Shown: in pieces, positions 11,190 through 26,832 of the stretch | Layout of the letters: each line of letters opens with the position of its first letter | How positions within the stretch are numbered: the stretch's first letter is position 1 | Assembly (NCBI GenBank): GCA_964057225.1 | Contig: OZ059894.1 | Location: 8,308,001 to 8,372,000 of the forward strand | Source: Auanema rhodensis | Taxonomy: Eukaryota > Animalia > Nematoda | DNA length: 64,000 bases | Direction of reading: 5' to 3' | Translations under genes and position numbers: made by a program | Notes under the pieces: generated by a model | Databases searched by the model: none | Seen by the model: the letters and a program-made list of their open reading frames with translations, nothing else | What the model was told of the DNA's origin: nothing

Positions 11190-11412
11190 GAGCCCACCCG
11201 GGAGCGAAATATTTTTGGTTTCCACAGTTCCAATAAAGCAAAATTAAAATTTTAATTCATCTACTTACGATCTCATTCATAAATTTTCTAGAAGGATTGG
11301 ATAAGATAGACCAGAACATCAGAAAATATAGATCATTGACTGATCCAAAACAGAAGTAGAAACTTCACAAGTCTAGATTGTTGAGTATATGTGCTTCCGT
11401 GGCGCAATAGGC

Positions 11413-11448
<36 letters not shown>

Positions 11449-11671
11449 GAGCCCACCCGGGAGCGAAATATTTTTGGTTTCCACAGTTCCAATAAAGCAA
11501 AATTAAAATTTTAATTCATCTACTTACGATCTCATTCATAAATTTTCTAGAAGGATTGGATAAGATAGACCAGAACATCAGAAAATATAGATCATTGACT
11601 GATCCAAAACAGAAGTAGAAACTTCACAAGTCTAGATTGTTGAGTATATGTGCTTCCGTGGCGCAATAGGC

Positions 11672-11707
<36 letters not shown>

Positions 11708-11930
11708 GAGCCCACCCGGGAGCGAAATATTTTTGGTTTCCACAGTTCCAATTAAGCAAAATTAAAATTTTAATTCATCTACTTACGATCTCATTCATAA
11801 ATTTTCTAGAAGGATTGGATAAGATAGACCAGAACATCAGAAAATATGGATCATTGACTGATCTAAAACAGAAGTAGAAACTTCACAAGTCTAGATTGTT
11901 GAGTATATGTGCTTCCGTGGCGCAATAGGC

Positions 11931-11963
<33 letters not shown>

Positions 11964-12188
11964 CTCGAGCCCACCCGGGAGCGGAATATTTTTGGTTTCC
12001 ACAGTTCCAATAAGCGAATTTAAAATTTTAATTCATCTACTTACGATCTCATTCATAAATTTTCTAGAAGGATTGGATAAGATAGACCAGAACATCAGAA
12101 AATATAGATCATTGACTGATCCAAAACAGAAGTAGAAACTTCACAAGTCTAGATTGTTGAGTATATGTGCTTCCGTGGCGCAATAGGC

Positions 12189-12224
<36 letters not shown>

Positions 12225-12446
12225 GAGCCCACCCGGGAGCGAAATATTTTTGGTTTCCACAGTTCCAATAAGCGAAATTAAAATTTTAATTCATCTACTT
12301 ACGATCTCATTCATAAATTTTCTAGAAGGATTGGATAAGATAGACCAGAACATCAGAAAATATAGATCATTGACTGATCCAAAACAGAAGTAGAAACTTC
12401 ACAAGTCTAGATTGTTGAGTATATGTGCTTCCGTGGCGCAATAGGC

Positions 12447-12482
<36 letters not shown>

Positions 12483-12963
12483 GAGCAAACCCGGGAGCGA
12501 AATATTTTTGGTTTCCACAGTTCCAATTAAGCAAAATTAAAATTTTAATTCATCTACTTACGATCTCATTCATAAATTTTCTAGAAGGATTGGATAAGAA
12601 AGAGCAGAACTTGGGAAAATACGGATCATTGACTGATCTAAAACAGAAGTAGAAACTTCACAAGTTTAGATTGTTGAGTATATGTGCTTCCGTGGCGCAA
12701 TAGGCAGCGCGTTCGGCTGTTAACCGAAAATTTGGTGGTTCGAGCCCACCCGGGAGCGAAATATTTTTGGTTTCCACAGTTCCAATAAGCGAAATTAAAA
12801 TTTTAATTCATCTACTTACGATCTCATTCATAAATTTTCTAGAAGGATTGGATAAGATAGACCAGAACATCAGAAAATATAGATCATTGACTGATCCAAA
12901 ACAGAAGTAGAAACTTCACAAGTCTAGATTGTTGAGTATATGTGCTTCCGTGGCGCAATAGGC

Positions 12964-12999
<36 letters not shown>

Positions 13000-13201
13000 G
13001 AGCCCACCCGGGAGCGAAATATTTTTGGTTTCCACAGTTCCAATAAGCGAAATTAAAATTTTAATTCATCTACTTACGATCTCATTCATAAATTTTCTAG
13101 AAGGATTGGATAAGATAGACCAGAACATCAGAAAATATAGATCATTGACTGATCCAAAACAGAAGTAGAAACTTCACAAGTCTAGATTGTTGAGTATATG
13201 T

Positions 13202-13274
13202 GCTTCCGTGGCGCAATAGCCAGTGCGTTCGGCTGTTAACCGAAAGGTTGGTGATTCGAGCCCACCCGGGAGCG
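13202..13274 (+). pseudogene. Triple-mutant tRNA-Asn copy (also at about 19741, 25740, 27035)
   Basis: AATAGCCAGTGCG (D-loop GG lost, D-stem C>T) plus B-box G53A (GTGATTCGAG). Confidence 0.7.
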
Positions 13275-13481
13275 AAATATTTTTGGTTTCCACAGTTCCA
13301 ATTAAGCAAAATTAAAATTTTTAATTCATCTACTTACGATCTCATTCATAAATTTTCTAGAAGGATTGGATAAGATAGACCAGAACATCAGAAAATATAG
13401 ATCATTGACTGATCCAAAACAGAAGTAGAAACTTCACAAGTCTAGATTGTTGAGTATATGTGCTTCCGTGGCGCAATAGGC

Positions 13482-13517
<36 letters not shown>

Positions 13518-13740
13518 GAGCCCACCCGGGAGCGAAATATTTTTGGTTTCCACAGTTCCAATTAAGCAAAATTAAAATTTTAATTCATCTACTTACGATC
13601 TCATTCATAAATTTTCTAGAAGGATTGGATAAGAAAGAGCAGAACTTGGGAAAATACGGATCATTGACTGATCTAAAACAGAAGTAGAAACTTCACAAGT
13701 TTAGATTGTTGAGTATATGTGCTTCCGTGGCGCAATAGGC

Positions 13741-13776
<36 letters not shown>

Positions 13777-13999
13777 GAGCCCACCCGGGAGCGAAATATT
13801 TTTGGTTTCCACAGTTCCAATTAAGCAAAATTAAAATTTTAATTCATCTACTTACGATCTCATTCATAAATTTTCTAGAAGGATTGGATAAGATAGACCA
13901 GAACATCAGAAAATATGGATCATTGACTGGTCTAAAACAGAAGTAGAAACTTCACAAGTCTAGATTGTTGAGTATATGTGCTTCCGTGGCGCAATAGGC

Positions 14000-14035
<36 letters not shown>

Positions 14036-14258
14036 GAGCCCACCCGGGAGCGAAATATTTTTGGTTTCCACAGTTCCAATTAAGCGAAATTAAAATTTTA
14101 ATTCATCTACTTACGATCTCATTCATAAATTTTCTAGAAGGATTGGATAAGATAGACCAGAACATCAGAAAATATGGATCATTGACTGCTCTAAAACAGA
14201 AGTAGAAACTTCACAAGTCTAGATTGTTGAGTATATGTGCTTCCGTGGCGCAATAGGC

Positions 14259-14294
<36 letters not shown>

Positions 14295-14517
14295 GAGCCC
14301 ACCCGGGAGCGAAATATTTTTGGTTTCCACAGTTCCAATTAAGCGAAATTAAAATTTTAATTCATCTACTTACGATCTCATTCATAAATTTTCTAGAAGG
14401 ATTGGATAAGATAGACCAGAACATCAGAAAATATGGATCATTGACTGATCTAAAACAGAAGTAGAAACTTCACAAGTCTAGATTGTTGAGTATATGTGCT
14501 TCCGTGGCGCAATAGGC

Positions 14518-14553
<36 letters not shown>

Positions 14554-14776
14554 GAGCCCACCCGGGAGCGAAATATTTTTGGTTTCCACAGTTCCAATTA
14601 AGCAAAATTAAAATTTTAATTCATCTACTTACGATCTCATTCATAAATTTTCTAGAAGGATTGGATAAGATAGACCAGAACATCAGAAAATATGGATCAT
14701 TGACTGATCTAAAACAGAAGTAGAAACTTCACAAGTCTAGATTGTTGAGTATATGTGCTTCCGTGGCGCAATAGGC

Positions 14777-14812
<36 letters not shown>

Positions 14813-15035
14813 GAGCCCACCCGGGAGCGAAATATTTTTGGTTTCCACAGTTCCAATTAAGCAAAATTAAAATTTTAATTCATCTACTCACGATCTCATT
14901 CATAAATTTTCTAGAAGGATTGGATAAGATAGACCAGAACATCAGAAAATATGGATCATTGACTGATCTAAAACAGAAGTAGAAACTTCACAAGTCTAGA
15001 TTTTTGAGAGTATGTGCTTCCGTGGCGCAAAAGGC

Positions 15036-15071
<36 letters not shown>

Positions 15072-15306
15072 GAGCCCACCCGGGAGCGAAACATTTTCGA
15101 TTTCCACAGTTCAAATTAAGCTTCAAATTGAGCAAAATTAAAATTTTAATTCCTCTACTTACGATCTCATTCATAAATTTTCTAGAAGGATTGGATAAAA
15201 TAGACCAGAACATCAGAAAATATGGATCATCGACTGATCTAAAACAGAAGTAGAACCTTCACAAGTCTAGATTGTTGAGTATATGTGCTTCCGTGGCGCA
15301 ATAGGC

Positions 15307-15338
<32 letters not shown>

Positions 15339-15574
15339 ATTCGAGCCCACCCGGGAGCGAAATATTTTTGGTTTCCACAGTTCCAATTAAGCAAAATTAA
15401 AATTTTAATTCATCTACTTACAATCTCATTCATAAATTTTCTAGAAGGATTGGATAAGATAGACCAGAACATCAGAAAATATGGATCATTGACTGATGTA
15501 AAACAGAAGTAGAATTTCTTGAACCTTCACAAGTCTAGATTGTTAAGTATATGTGCTTCCGTGGCGCAATAGGC

Positions 15575-15606
<32 letters not shown>

Positions 15607-15845
15607 ATTCGAGCCCACCCGGGAGCGAAATATTTTTGGTTTCCACAGTTCCAATTAAGCTTCAAATTGAGCAAAATTAAAATTTTAATTCCTCTACTTA
15701 CGATCTCATTCATAAATTTTCTAGAAGGATTGGATAAAATAGACCAGAACATCAGAAAATATGGATCATCGACTGATCTAAAACAGAAGTAGAACCTTCA
15801 CAAGTCTAGATTGTTGAGTATATGTGCTTCCGTGGCGCAATAGGC

Positions 15846-15877
<32 letters not shown>

Positions 15878-16104
15878 ATTCGAGCCCACCCGGGAGCGAA
15901 ATATTTTTGGTTTCCACAGTTCCAATTAAGCAAAATTAAAATTTTAATTCATCTACTTACAATCTCATTCATAAATTTTCTAGAAGGATTGGATAAGATA
16001 GACCAGAACATCAGAAAATATGGATCATCGACTGATCTAAAACAGAAGTAGAACCTTCACAAGTCTAGATTGTTGAGTATATGTGCTTCCGTGGCGCAAT
16101 AGGC

Positions 16105-16136
<32 letters not shown>

Positions 16137-16363
16137 ATTCGAGCCCACCCGGGAGCGAAATATTTTTGGTTTCCACAGTTCCAATTAAGCAAAATTAAAA
16201 TTTTAATTCCTCTACTTACGATCTCATTCATAAATTTTCTAGAAGGATTGGATAAGATAGACCAGAACATCAGAAAATATGGATCATCGACTGATCTAAA
16301 ACAGAAGTAGAACCTTCACAAGTCTAGATTGTTGAGTATATGTGCTTCCGTGGCGCAATAGGC

Positions 16364-16395
<32 letters not shown>

Positions 16396-16622
16396 ATTCG
16401 AGCCCACCCGGGAGCGAAATATTTTTGGTTTCCACAGTTCCAATTAAGCAAAATTAAAATTTTAATTCCTCTACTTACGATCTCATTCATAAATTTTCTA
16501 GAAGGATTGGATAAGATAGACCAGAACATCAGAAAATATGGATCATTGACTGATCTAAAACAGAAGTAGAAACTTCACAAGTCTAGATTTTTGAGAGTAT
16601 GTGCTTCCGTGGCGCAAAAGGC

Positions 16623-16658
<36 letters not shown>

Positions 16659-16893
16659 GAGCCCACCCGGGAGCGAAACATTTTCGATTTCCACAGTTCA
16701 AATTAAGCTTCAAATTGAGCAAAATTAAAATTTTAATTCCTCTACTCACGATCTCATTCATAAATTTTCTAGAAGGATTGGATAAGATAGACCAGAACAT
16801 CAGAAAATATGGATCATTGACTGATCTAAAACAGAAGTAGAACCTTCACAAGTCTAGATTGTTGAGTATATGTGCTTCCGTGGCGCAATAGGC

Positions 16894-16929
<36 letters not shown>

Positions 16930-17161
16930 GAGCCCACCCGGGAGCGAAATATTTTTGGTTTCCACAGTTCCAATTAAGCAAAATTAAAATTTTAATTCAT
17001 CTACTTACAATCTCATTCATAAATTTTCTAGAAGGATTGGATAAGATAGACCAGAACATGAGAAAATATGGATCATTGACTGATGTAAAACAGAAGTAGA
17101 ATTTCTTGAACCTTCACAAGTCTAGATTGTTAAGTATATGTGCTTCCGTGGCGCAATAGGC

Positions 17162-17197
<36 letters not shown>

Positions 17198-17432
17198 GAG
17201 CCCACCCGGGAGCGAAATTTTTTTGGTTTCCACAGTTCCAATTAAGCTTCAAATTAAGCAAAATTAAAATTTTGATTCATCTACTTACGATCTCATTCAT
17301 AAATTTTCTAGAAGGATTGGATAAGATAGACCAGAACATCAGAAAATATAGATCATTGACTGATCCAAAACAGAAGTAGAAACTTCACAAGTCTAGATTG
17401 TTAAGTATATGTGCTTCCGTGGCGCAATAGGC

Positions 17433-17468
<36 letters not shown>

Positions 17469-17691
17469 GAGCCCACCCGGGAGCGAAATATTTTTGGTTT
17501 CCACAGTTCCAATTAAGCAAAATTAAAATTTTAATTCATCTACTTACGATCTCATTCATAAATTTTCTAGAAGGATTGGATAAGATAGACCAGAACATCA
17601 GAAAATATAGATCATTGACTGATCCAAAACAGAAGTAGAAACTTCACAAGTCTAGATTGTTGAGTATATGTGCTTCCGTGGCGCAATAGGC

Positions 17692-17727
<36 letters not shown>

Positions 17728-17950
17728 GAGCCCACCCGGGAGCGAAATATTTTTGGTTTCCACAGTTCCAATAAAGCAAAATTAAAATTTTAATTCATCT
17801 ACTTACGATCTCATTCATAAATTTTCTAGAAGGATTGGATAAGATAGACCAGAACATCAGAAAATATAGATCATTGACTGATCCAAAACAGAAGTAGAAA
17901 CTTCACAAGTCTAGATTGTTGAGTATATGTGCTTCCGTGGCGCAATAGGC

Positions 17951-17986
<36 letters not shown>

Positions 17987-18209
17987 GAGCCCACCCGGGA
18001 GCGAAATATTTTTGGTTTCCACAGTTCCAATAAAGCAAAATTAAAATTTTAATTCATCTACTTACGATCTCATTCATAAATTTTCTAGAAGGATTGGATA
18101 AGATAGACCAGAACATCAGAAAATATAGATCATTGACTGATCCAAAACAGAAGTAGAAACTTCACAAGTCTAGATTGTTGAGTATATGTGCTTCCGTGGC
18201 GCAATAGGC

Positions 18210-18245
<36 letters not shown>

Positions 18246-18468
18246 GAGCCCACCCGGGAGCGAAATATTTTTGGTTTCCACAGTTCCAATTAAGCAAAAT
18301 TAAAATTTTAATTCATCTACTTACGATCTCATTCATAAATTTTCTAGAAGGATTGGATAAGATAGACCAGAACATCAGAAAATATGGATCATTGACTGAT
18401 CTAAAACAGAAGTAGAAACTTCACAAGTCTAGATTGTTGAGTATATGTGCTTCCGTGGCGCAATAGGC

Positions 18469-18501
<33 letters not shown>

Positions 18502-18726
18502 CTCGAGCCCACCCGGGAGCGGAATATTTTTGGTTTCCACAGTTCCAATAAGCGAATTTAAAATTTTAATTCATCTACTTACGATCTCATTCATAAATTT
18601 TCTAGAAGGATTGGATAAGATAGACCAGAACATCAGAAAATATAGATCATTGACTGATCCAAAACAGAAGTAGAAACTTCACAAGTCTAGATTGTTGAGT
18701 ATATGTGCTTCCGTGGCGCAATAGGC

Positions 18727-18762
<36 letters not shown>

Positions 18763-18984
18763 GAGCCCACCCGGGAGCGAAATATTTTTGGTTTCCACAG
18801 TTCCAATAAGCGAAATTAAAATTTTAATTCATCTACTTACGATCTCATTCATAAATTTTCTAGAAGGATTGGATAAGATAGACCAGAACATCAGAAAATA
18901 TAGATCATTGACTGATCCAAAACAGAAGTAGAAACTTCACAAGTCTAGATTGTTGAGTATATGTGCTTCCGTGGCGCAATAGGC

Positions 18985-19020
<36 letters not shown>

Positions 19021-19502
19021 GAGCAAACCCGGGAGCGAAATATTTTTGGTTTCCACAGTTCCAATTAAGCAAAATTAAAATTTTAATTCATCTACTTACG
19101 ATCTCATTCATAAATTTTCTAGAAGGATTGGATAAGAAAGAGCAGAACTTGGGAAAATACGGATCATTGACTGATCTAAAACAGAAGTAGAAACTTCACA
19201 AGTTTAGATTGTTGAGTATATGTGCTTCCGTGGCGCAATAGGCAGCGCGTTCGGCTGTTAACCGAAAATTTGGTGGTTCGAGCCCACCCGGGAGCGAAAT
19301 ATTTTTGGTTTCCACAGTTCCAATTAAGCAAAATTAAAATTTTAATTCATCTACTTACGATCTCATTCATAAATTTTCTAGAAGGATTGGATAAGAAAGA
19401 GCAGAACATCAGAAAATATAGATCATTGACTGATCCAAAACAGAAGTAGAAACTTCACAAGTCTAGATTGTTGAGTATATGTGCTTCCGTGGCGCAATAG
19501 GC

Positions 19503-19538
<36 letters not shown>

Positions 19539-20020
19539 GAGCCCACCCGGGAGCGAAATATTTTTGGTTTCCACAGTTCCAATAAGCGAAATTAAAATTT
19601 TAATTCATCTACTTACGATCTCATTCATAAATTTTCTAGAAGGATTGGATAAGATAGACCAGAACATCAGAAAATATAGATCATTGACTGATCCAAAACA
19701 GAAGTAGAAACTTCACAAGTCTAGATTGTTGAGTATATGTGCTTCCGTGGCGCAATAGCCAGTGCGTTCGGCTGTTAACCGAAAGGTTGGTGATTCGAGC
19801 CCACCCGGGAGCGAAATATTTTTGGTTTCCACAGTTCCAATTAAGCAAAATTAAAATTTTTAATTCATCTACTTACGATCTCATTCATAAATTTTCTAGA
19901 AGGATTGGATAAGATAGACCAGAACATCAGAAAATATAGATCATTGACTGATCCAAAACAGAAGTAGAAACTTCACAAGTCTAGATTGTTGAGTATATGT
20001 GCTTCCGTGGCGCAATAGGC

Positions 20021-20056
<36 letters not shown>

Positions 20057-20279
20057 GAGCCCACCCGGGAGCGAAATATTTTTGGTTTCCACAGTTCCAA
20101 TTAAGCAAAATTAAAATTTTAATTCATCTACTTACGATCTCATTCATAAATTTTCTAGAAGGATTGGATAAGAAAGAGCAGAACTTGGGAAAATACGGAT
20201 CATTGACTGATCTAAAACAGAAGTAGAAACTTCACAAGTTTAGATTGTTGAGTATATGTGCTTCCGTGGCGCAATAGGC

Positions 20280-20315
<36 letters not shown>

Positions 20316-20538
20316 GAGCCCACCCGGGAGCGAAATATTTTTGGTTTCCACAGTTCCAATTAAGCAAAATTAAAATTTTAATTCATCTACTTACGATCTC
20401 ATTCATAAATTTTCTAGAAGGATTGGATAAGATAGACCAGAACATCAGAAAATATGGATCATTGACTGGTCTAAAACAGAAGTAGAAACTTCACAAGTCT
20501 AGATTGTTGAGTATATGTGCTTCCGTGGCGCAATAGGC

Positions 20539-20574
<36 letters not shown>

Positions 20575-20797
20575 GAGCCCACCCGGGAGCGAAATATTTT
20601 TGGTTTCCACAGTTCCAATTAAGCGAAATTAAAATTTTAATTCATCTACTTACGATCTCATTCATAAATTTTCTAGAAGGATTGGATAAGATAGACCAGA
20701 ACATCAGAAAATATGGATCATTGACTGCTCTAAAACAGAAGTAGAAACTTCACAAGTCTAGATTGTTGAGTATATGTGCTTCCGTGGCGCAATAGGC

Positions 20798-20833
<36 letters not shown>

Positions 20834-21056
20834 GAGCCCACCCGGGAGCGAAATATTTTTGGTTTCCACAGTTCCAATTAAGCGAAATTAAAATTTTAAT
20901 TCATCTACTTACGATCTCATTCATAAATTTTCTAGAAGGATTGGATAAGATAGACCAGAACATCAGAAAATATGGATCATTGACTGATCTAAAACAGAAG
21001 TAGAAACTTCACAAGTCTAGATTGTTGAGTATATGTGCTTCCGTGGCGCAATAGGC

Positions 21057-21092
<36 letters not shown>

Positions 21093-21315
21093 GAGCCCAC
21101 CCGGGAGCGAAATATTTTTGGTTTCCACAGTTCCAATTAAGCAAAATTAAAATTTTAATTCATCTACTTACGATCTCATTCATAAATTTTCTAGAAGGAT
21201 TGGATAAGATAGACCAGAACATCAGAAAATATGGATCATTGACTGATCTAAAACAGAAGTAGAAACTTCACAAGTCTAGATTGTTGAGTATATGTGCTTC
21301 CGTGGCGCAATAGGC

Positions 21316-21351
<36 letters not shown>

Positions 21352-21574
21352 GAGCCCACCCGGGAGCGAAATATTTTTGGTTTCCACAGTTCCAATTAAG
21401 CAAAATTAAAATTTTAATTCATCTACTCACGATCTCATTCATAAATTTTCTAGAAGGATTGGATAAGATAGACCAGAACATCAGAAAATATGGATCATTG
21501 ACTGATCTAAAACAGAAGTAGAAACTTCACAAGTCTAGATTTTTGAGAGTATGTGCTTCCGTGGCGCAAAAGGC

Positions 21575-21610
<36 letters not shown>

Positions 21611-21845
21611 GAGCCCACCCGGGAGCGAAACATTTTCGATTTCCACAGTTCAAATTAAGCTTCAAATTGAGCAAAATTAAAATTTTAATTCCTCTACTTA
21701 CGATCTCATTCATAAATTTTCTAGAAGGATTGGATAAAATAGACCAGAACATCAGAAAATATGGATCATCGACTGATCTAAAACAGAAGTAGAACCTTCA
21801 CAAGTCTAGATTGTTGAGTATATGTGCTTCCGTGGCGCAATAGGC

Positions 21846-21877
<32 letters not shown>

Positions 21878-22113
21878 ATTCGAGCCCACCCGGGAGCGAA
21901 ATATTTTTGGTTTCCACAGTTCCAATTAAGCAAAATTAAAATTTTAATTCATCTACTTACAATCTCATTCATAAATTTTCTAGAAGGATTGGATAAGATA
22001 GACCAGAACATCAGAAAATATGGATCATTGACTGATGTAAAACAGAAGTAGAATTTCTTGAACCTTCACAAGTCTAGATTGTTAAGTATATGTGCTTCCG
22101 TGGCGCAATAGGC

Positions 22114-22145
<32 letters not shown>

Positions 22146-22384
22146 ATTCGAGCCCACCCGGGAGCGAAATATTTTTGGTTTCCACAGTTCCAATTAAGCT
22201 TCAAATTGAGCAAAATTAAAATTTTAATTCCTCTACTTACGATCTCATTCATAAATTTTCTAGAAGGATTGGATAAAATAGACCAGAACATCAGAAAATA
22301 TGGATCATCGACTGATCTAAAACAGAAGTAGAACCTTCACAAGTCTAGATTGTTGAGTATATGTGCTTCCGTGGCGCAATAGGC

Positions 22385-22416
<32 letters not shown>

Positions 22417-22643
22417 ATTCGAGCCCACCCGGGAGCGAAATATTTTTGGTTTCCACAGTTCCAATTAAGCAAAATTAAAATTTTAATTCATCTACTTACA
22501 ATCTCATTCATAAATTTTCTAGAAGGATTGGATAAGATAGACCAGAACATCAGAAAATATGGATCATCGACTGATCTAAAACAGAAGTAGAACCTTCACA
22601 AGTCTAGATTGTTGAGTATATGTGCTTCCGTGGCGCAATAGGC

Positions 22644-22675
<32 letters not shown>

Positions 22676-22902
22676 ATTCGAGCCCACCCGGGAGCGAAAT
22701 ATTTTTGGTTTCCACAGTTCCAATTAAGCAAAATTAAAATTTTAATTCCTCTACTTACGATCTCATTCATAAATTTTCTAGAAGGATTGGATAAGATAGA
22801 CCAGAACATCAGAAAATATGGATCATCGACTGATCTAAAACAGAAGTAGAACCTTCACAAGTCTAGATTGTTGAGTATATGTGCTTCCGTGGCGCAATAG
22901 GC

Positions 22903-22934
<32 letters not shown>

Positions 22935-23161
22935 ATTCGAGCCCACCCGGGAGCGAAATATTTTTGGTTTCCACAGTTCCAATTAAGCAAAATTAAAATT
23001 TTAATTCCTCTACTTACGATCTCATTCATAAATTTTCTAGAAGGATTGGATAAGATAGACCAGAACATCAGAAAATATGGATCATTGACTGATCTAAAAC
23101 AGAAGTAGAAACTTCACAAGTCTAGATTTTTGAGAGTATGTGCTTCCGTGGCGCAAAAGGC

Positions 23162-23197
<36 letters not shown>

Positions 23198-23432
23198 GAG
23201 CCCACCCGGGAGCGAAACATTTTCGATTTCCACAGTTCAAATTAAGCTTCAAATTGAGCAAAATTAAAATTTTAATTCCTCTACTCACGATCTCATTCAT
23301 AAATTTTCTAGAAGGATTGGATAAGATAGACCAGAACATCAGAAAATATGGATCATTGACTGATCTAAAACAGAAGTAGAACCTTCACAAGTCTAGATTG
23401 TTGAGTATATGTGCTTCCGTGGCGCAATAGGC

Positions 23433-23468
<36 letters not shown>

Positions 23469-23691
23469 GAGCCCACCCGGGAGCGAAATATTTTTGGTTT
23501 CCACAGTTCCAATTAAGCAAAATTAAAATTTTAATTCATCTACTTACGATCTCATTCATAAATTTTCTAGAAGGATTGGATAAGATAGACCAGAACATCA
23601 GAAAATATAGATCATTGACTGATCCAAAACAGAAGTAGAAACTTCACAAGTCTAGATTGTTGAGTATATGTGCTTCCGTGGCGCAATAGGC

Positions 23692-23727
<36 letters not shown>

Positions 23728-23950
23728 GAGCCCACCCGGGAGCGAAATATTTTTGGTTTCCACAGTTCCAATAAAGCAAAATTAAAATTTTAATTCATCT
23801 ACTTACGATCTCATTCATAAATTTTCTAGAAGGATTGGATAAGATAGACCAGAACATCAGAAAATATAGATCATTGACTGATCCAAAACAGAAGTAGAAA
23901 CTTCACAAGTCTAGATTGTTGAGTATATGTGCTTCCGTGGCGCAATAGGC

Positions 23951-23986
<36 letters not shown>

Positions 23987-24209
23987 GAGCCCACCCGGGA
24001 GCGAAATATTTTTGGTTTCCACAGTTCCAATAAAGCAAAATTAAAATTTTAATTCATCTACTTACGATCTCATTCATAAATTTTCTAGAAGGATTGGATA
24101 AGATAGACCAGAACATCAGAAAATATAGATCATTGACTGATCCAAAACAGAAGTAGAAACTTCACAAGTCTAGATTGTTGAGTATATGTGCTTCCGTGGC
24201 GCAATAGGC

Positions 24210-24245
<36 letters not shown>

Positions 24246-24468
24246 GAGCCCACCCGGGAGCGAAATATTTTTGGTTTCCACAGTTCCAATTAAGCAAAAT
24301 TAAAATTTTAATTCATCTACTTACGATCTCATTCATAAATTTTCTAGAAGGATTGGATAAGATAGACCAGAACATCAGAAAATATGGATCATTGACTGAT
24401 CTAAAACAGAAGTAGAAACTTCACAAGTCTAGATTGTTGAGTATATGTGCTTCCGTGGCGCAATAGGC

Positions 24469-24501
<33 letters not shown>

Positions 24502-24726
24502 CTCGAGCCCACCCGGGAGCGGAATATTTTTGGTTTCCACAGTTCCAATAAGCGAATTTAAAATTTTAATTCATCTACTTACGATCTCATTCATAAATTT
24601 TCTAGAAGGATTGGATAAGATAGACCAGAACATCAGAAAATATAGATCATTGACTGATCCAAAACAGAAGTAGAAACTTCACAAGTCTAGATTGTTGAGT
24701 ATATGTGCTTCCGTGGCGCAATAGGC

Positions 24727-24762
<36 letters not shown>

Positions 24763-24984
24763 GAGCCCACCCGGGAGCGAAATATTTTTGGTTTCCACAG
24801 TTCCAATAAGCGAAATTAAAATTTTAATTCATCTACTTACGATCTCATTCATAAATTTTCTAGAAGGATTGGATAAGATAGACCAGAACATCAGAAAATA
24901 TAGATCATTGACTGATCCAAAACAGAAGTAGAAACTTCACAAGTCTAGATTGTTGAGTATATGTGCTTCCGTGGCGCAATAGGC

Positions 24985-25020
<36 letters not shown>

Positions 25021-25501
25021 GAGCAAACCCGGGAGCGAAATATTTTTGGTTTCCACAGTTCCAATTAAGCAAAATTAAAATTTTAATTCATCTACTTACG
25101 ATCTCATTCATAAATTTTCTAGAAGGATTGGATAAGAAAGAGCAGAACTTGGGAAAATACGGATCATTGACTGATCTAAAACAGAAGTAGAAACTTCACA
25201 AGTTTAGATTGTTGAGTATATGTGCTTCCGTGGCGCAATAGGCAGCGCGTTCGGCTGTTAACCGAAAATTTGGTGGTTCGAGCCCACCCGGGAGCGAAAT
25301 ATTTTTGGTTTCCACAGTTCCAATAAGCGAAATTAAAATTTTAATTCATCTACTTACGATCTCATTCATAAATTTTCTAGAAGGATTGGATAAGATAGAC
25401 CAGAACATCAGAAAATATAGATCATTGACTGATCCAAAACAGAAGTAGAAACTTCACAAGTCTAGATTGTTGAGTATATGTGCTTCCGTGGCGCAATAGG
25501 C

Positions 25502-25537
<36 letters not shown>

Positions 25538-26019
25538 GAGCCCACCCGGGAGCGAAATATTTTTGGTTTCCACAGTTCCAATAAGCGAAATTAAAATTTT
25601 AATTCATCTACTTACGATCTCATTCATAAATTTTCTAGAAGGATTGGATAAGATAGACCAGAACATCAGAAAATATAGATCATTGACTGATCCAAAACAG
25701 AAGTAGAAACTTCACAAGTCTAGATTGTTGAGTATATGTGCTTCCGTGGCGCAATAGCCAGTGCGTTCGGCTGTTAACCGAAAGGTTGGTGATTCGAGCC
25801 CACCCGGGAGCGAAATATTTTTGGTTTCCACAGTTCCAATTAAGCAAAATTAAAATTTTTAATTCATCTACTTACGATCTCATTCATAAATTTTCTAGAA
25901 GGATTGGATAAGATAGACCAGAACATCAGAAAATATAGATCATTGACTGATCCAAAACAGAAGTAGAAACTTCACAAGTCTAGATTGTTGAGTATATGTG
26001 CTTCCGTGGCGCAATAGGC

Positions 26020-26055
<36 letters not shown>

Positions 26056-26278
26056 GAGCCCACCCGGGAGCGAAATATTTTTGGTTTCCACAGTTCCAAT
26101 TAAGCAAAATTAAAATTTTAATTCATCTACTTACGATCTCATTCATAAATTTTCTAGAAGGATTGGATAAGAAAGAGCAGAACTTGGGAAAATACGGATC
26201 ATTGACTGATCTAAAACAGAAGTAGAAACTTCACAAGTTTAGATTGTTGAGTATATGTGCTTCCGTGGCGCAATAGGC

Positions 26279-26314
<36 letters not shown>

Positions 26315-26537
26315 GAGCCCACCCGGGAGCGAAATATTTTTGGTTTCCACAGTTCCAATTAAGCAAAATTAAAATTTTAATTCATCTACTTACGATCTCA
26401 TTCATAAATTTTCTAGAAGGATTGGATAAGATAGACCAGAACATCAGAAAATATGGATCATTGACTGGTCTAAAACAGAAGTAGAAACTTCACAAGTCTA
26501 GATTGTTGAGTATATGTGCTTCCGTGGCGCAATAGGC

Positions 26538-26573
<36 letters not shown>

Positions 26574-26796
26574 GAGCCCACCCGGGAGCGAAATATTTTT
26601 GGTTTCCACAGTTCCAATTAAGCGAAATTAAAATTTTAATTCATCTACTTACGATCTCATTCATAAATTTTCTAGAAGGATTGGATAAGATAGACCAGAA
26701 CATCAGAAAATATGGATCATTGACTGCTCTAAAACAGAAGTAGAAACTTCACAAGTCTAGATTGTTGAGTATATGTGCTTCCGTGGCGCAATAGGC

Positions 26797-26832
<36 letters not shown>

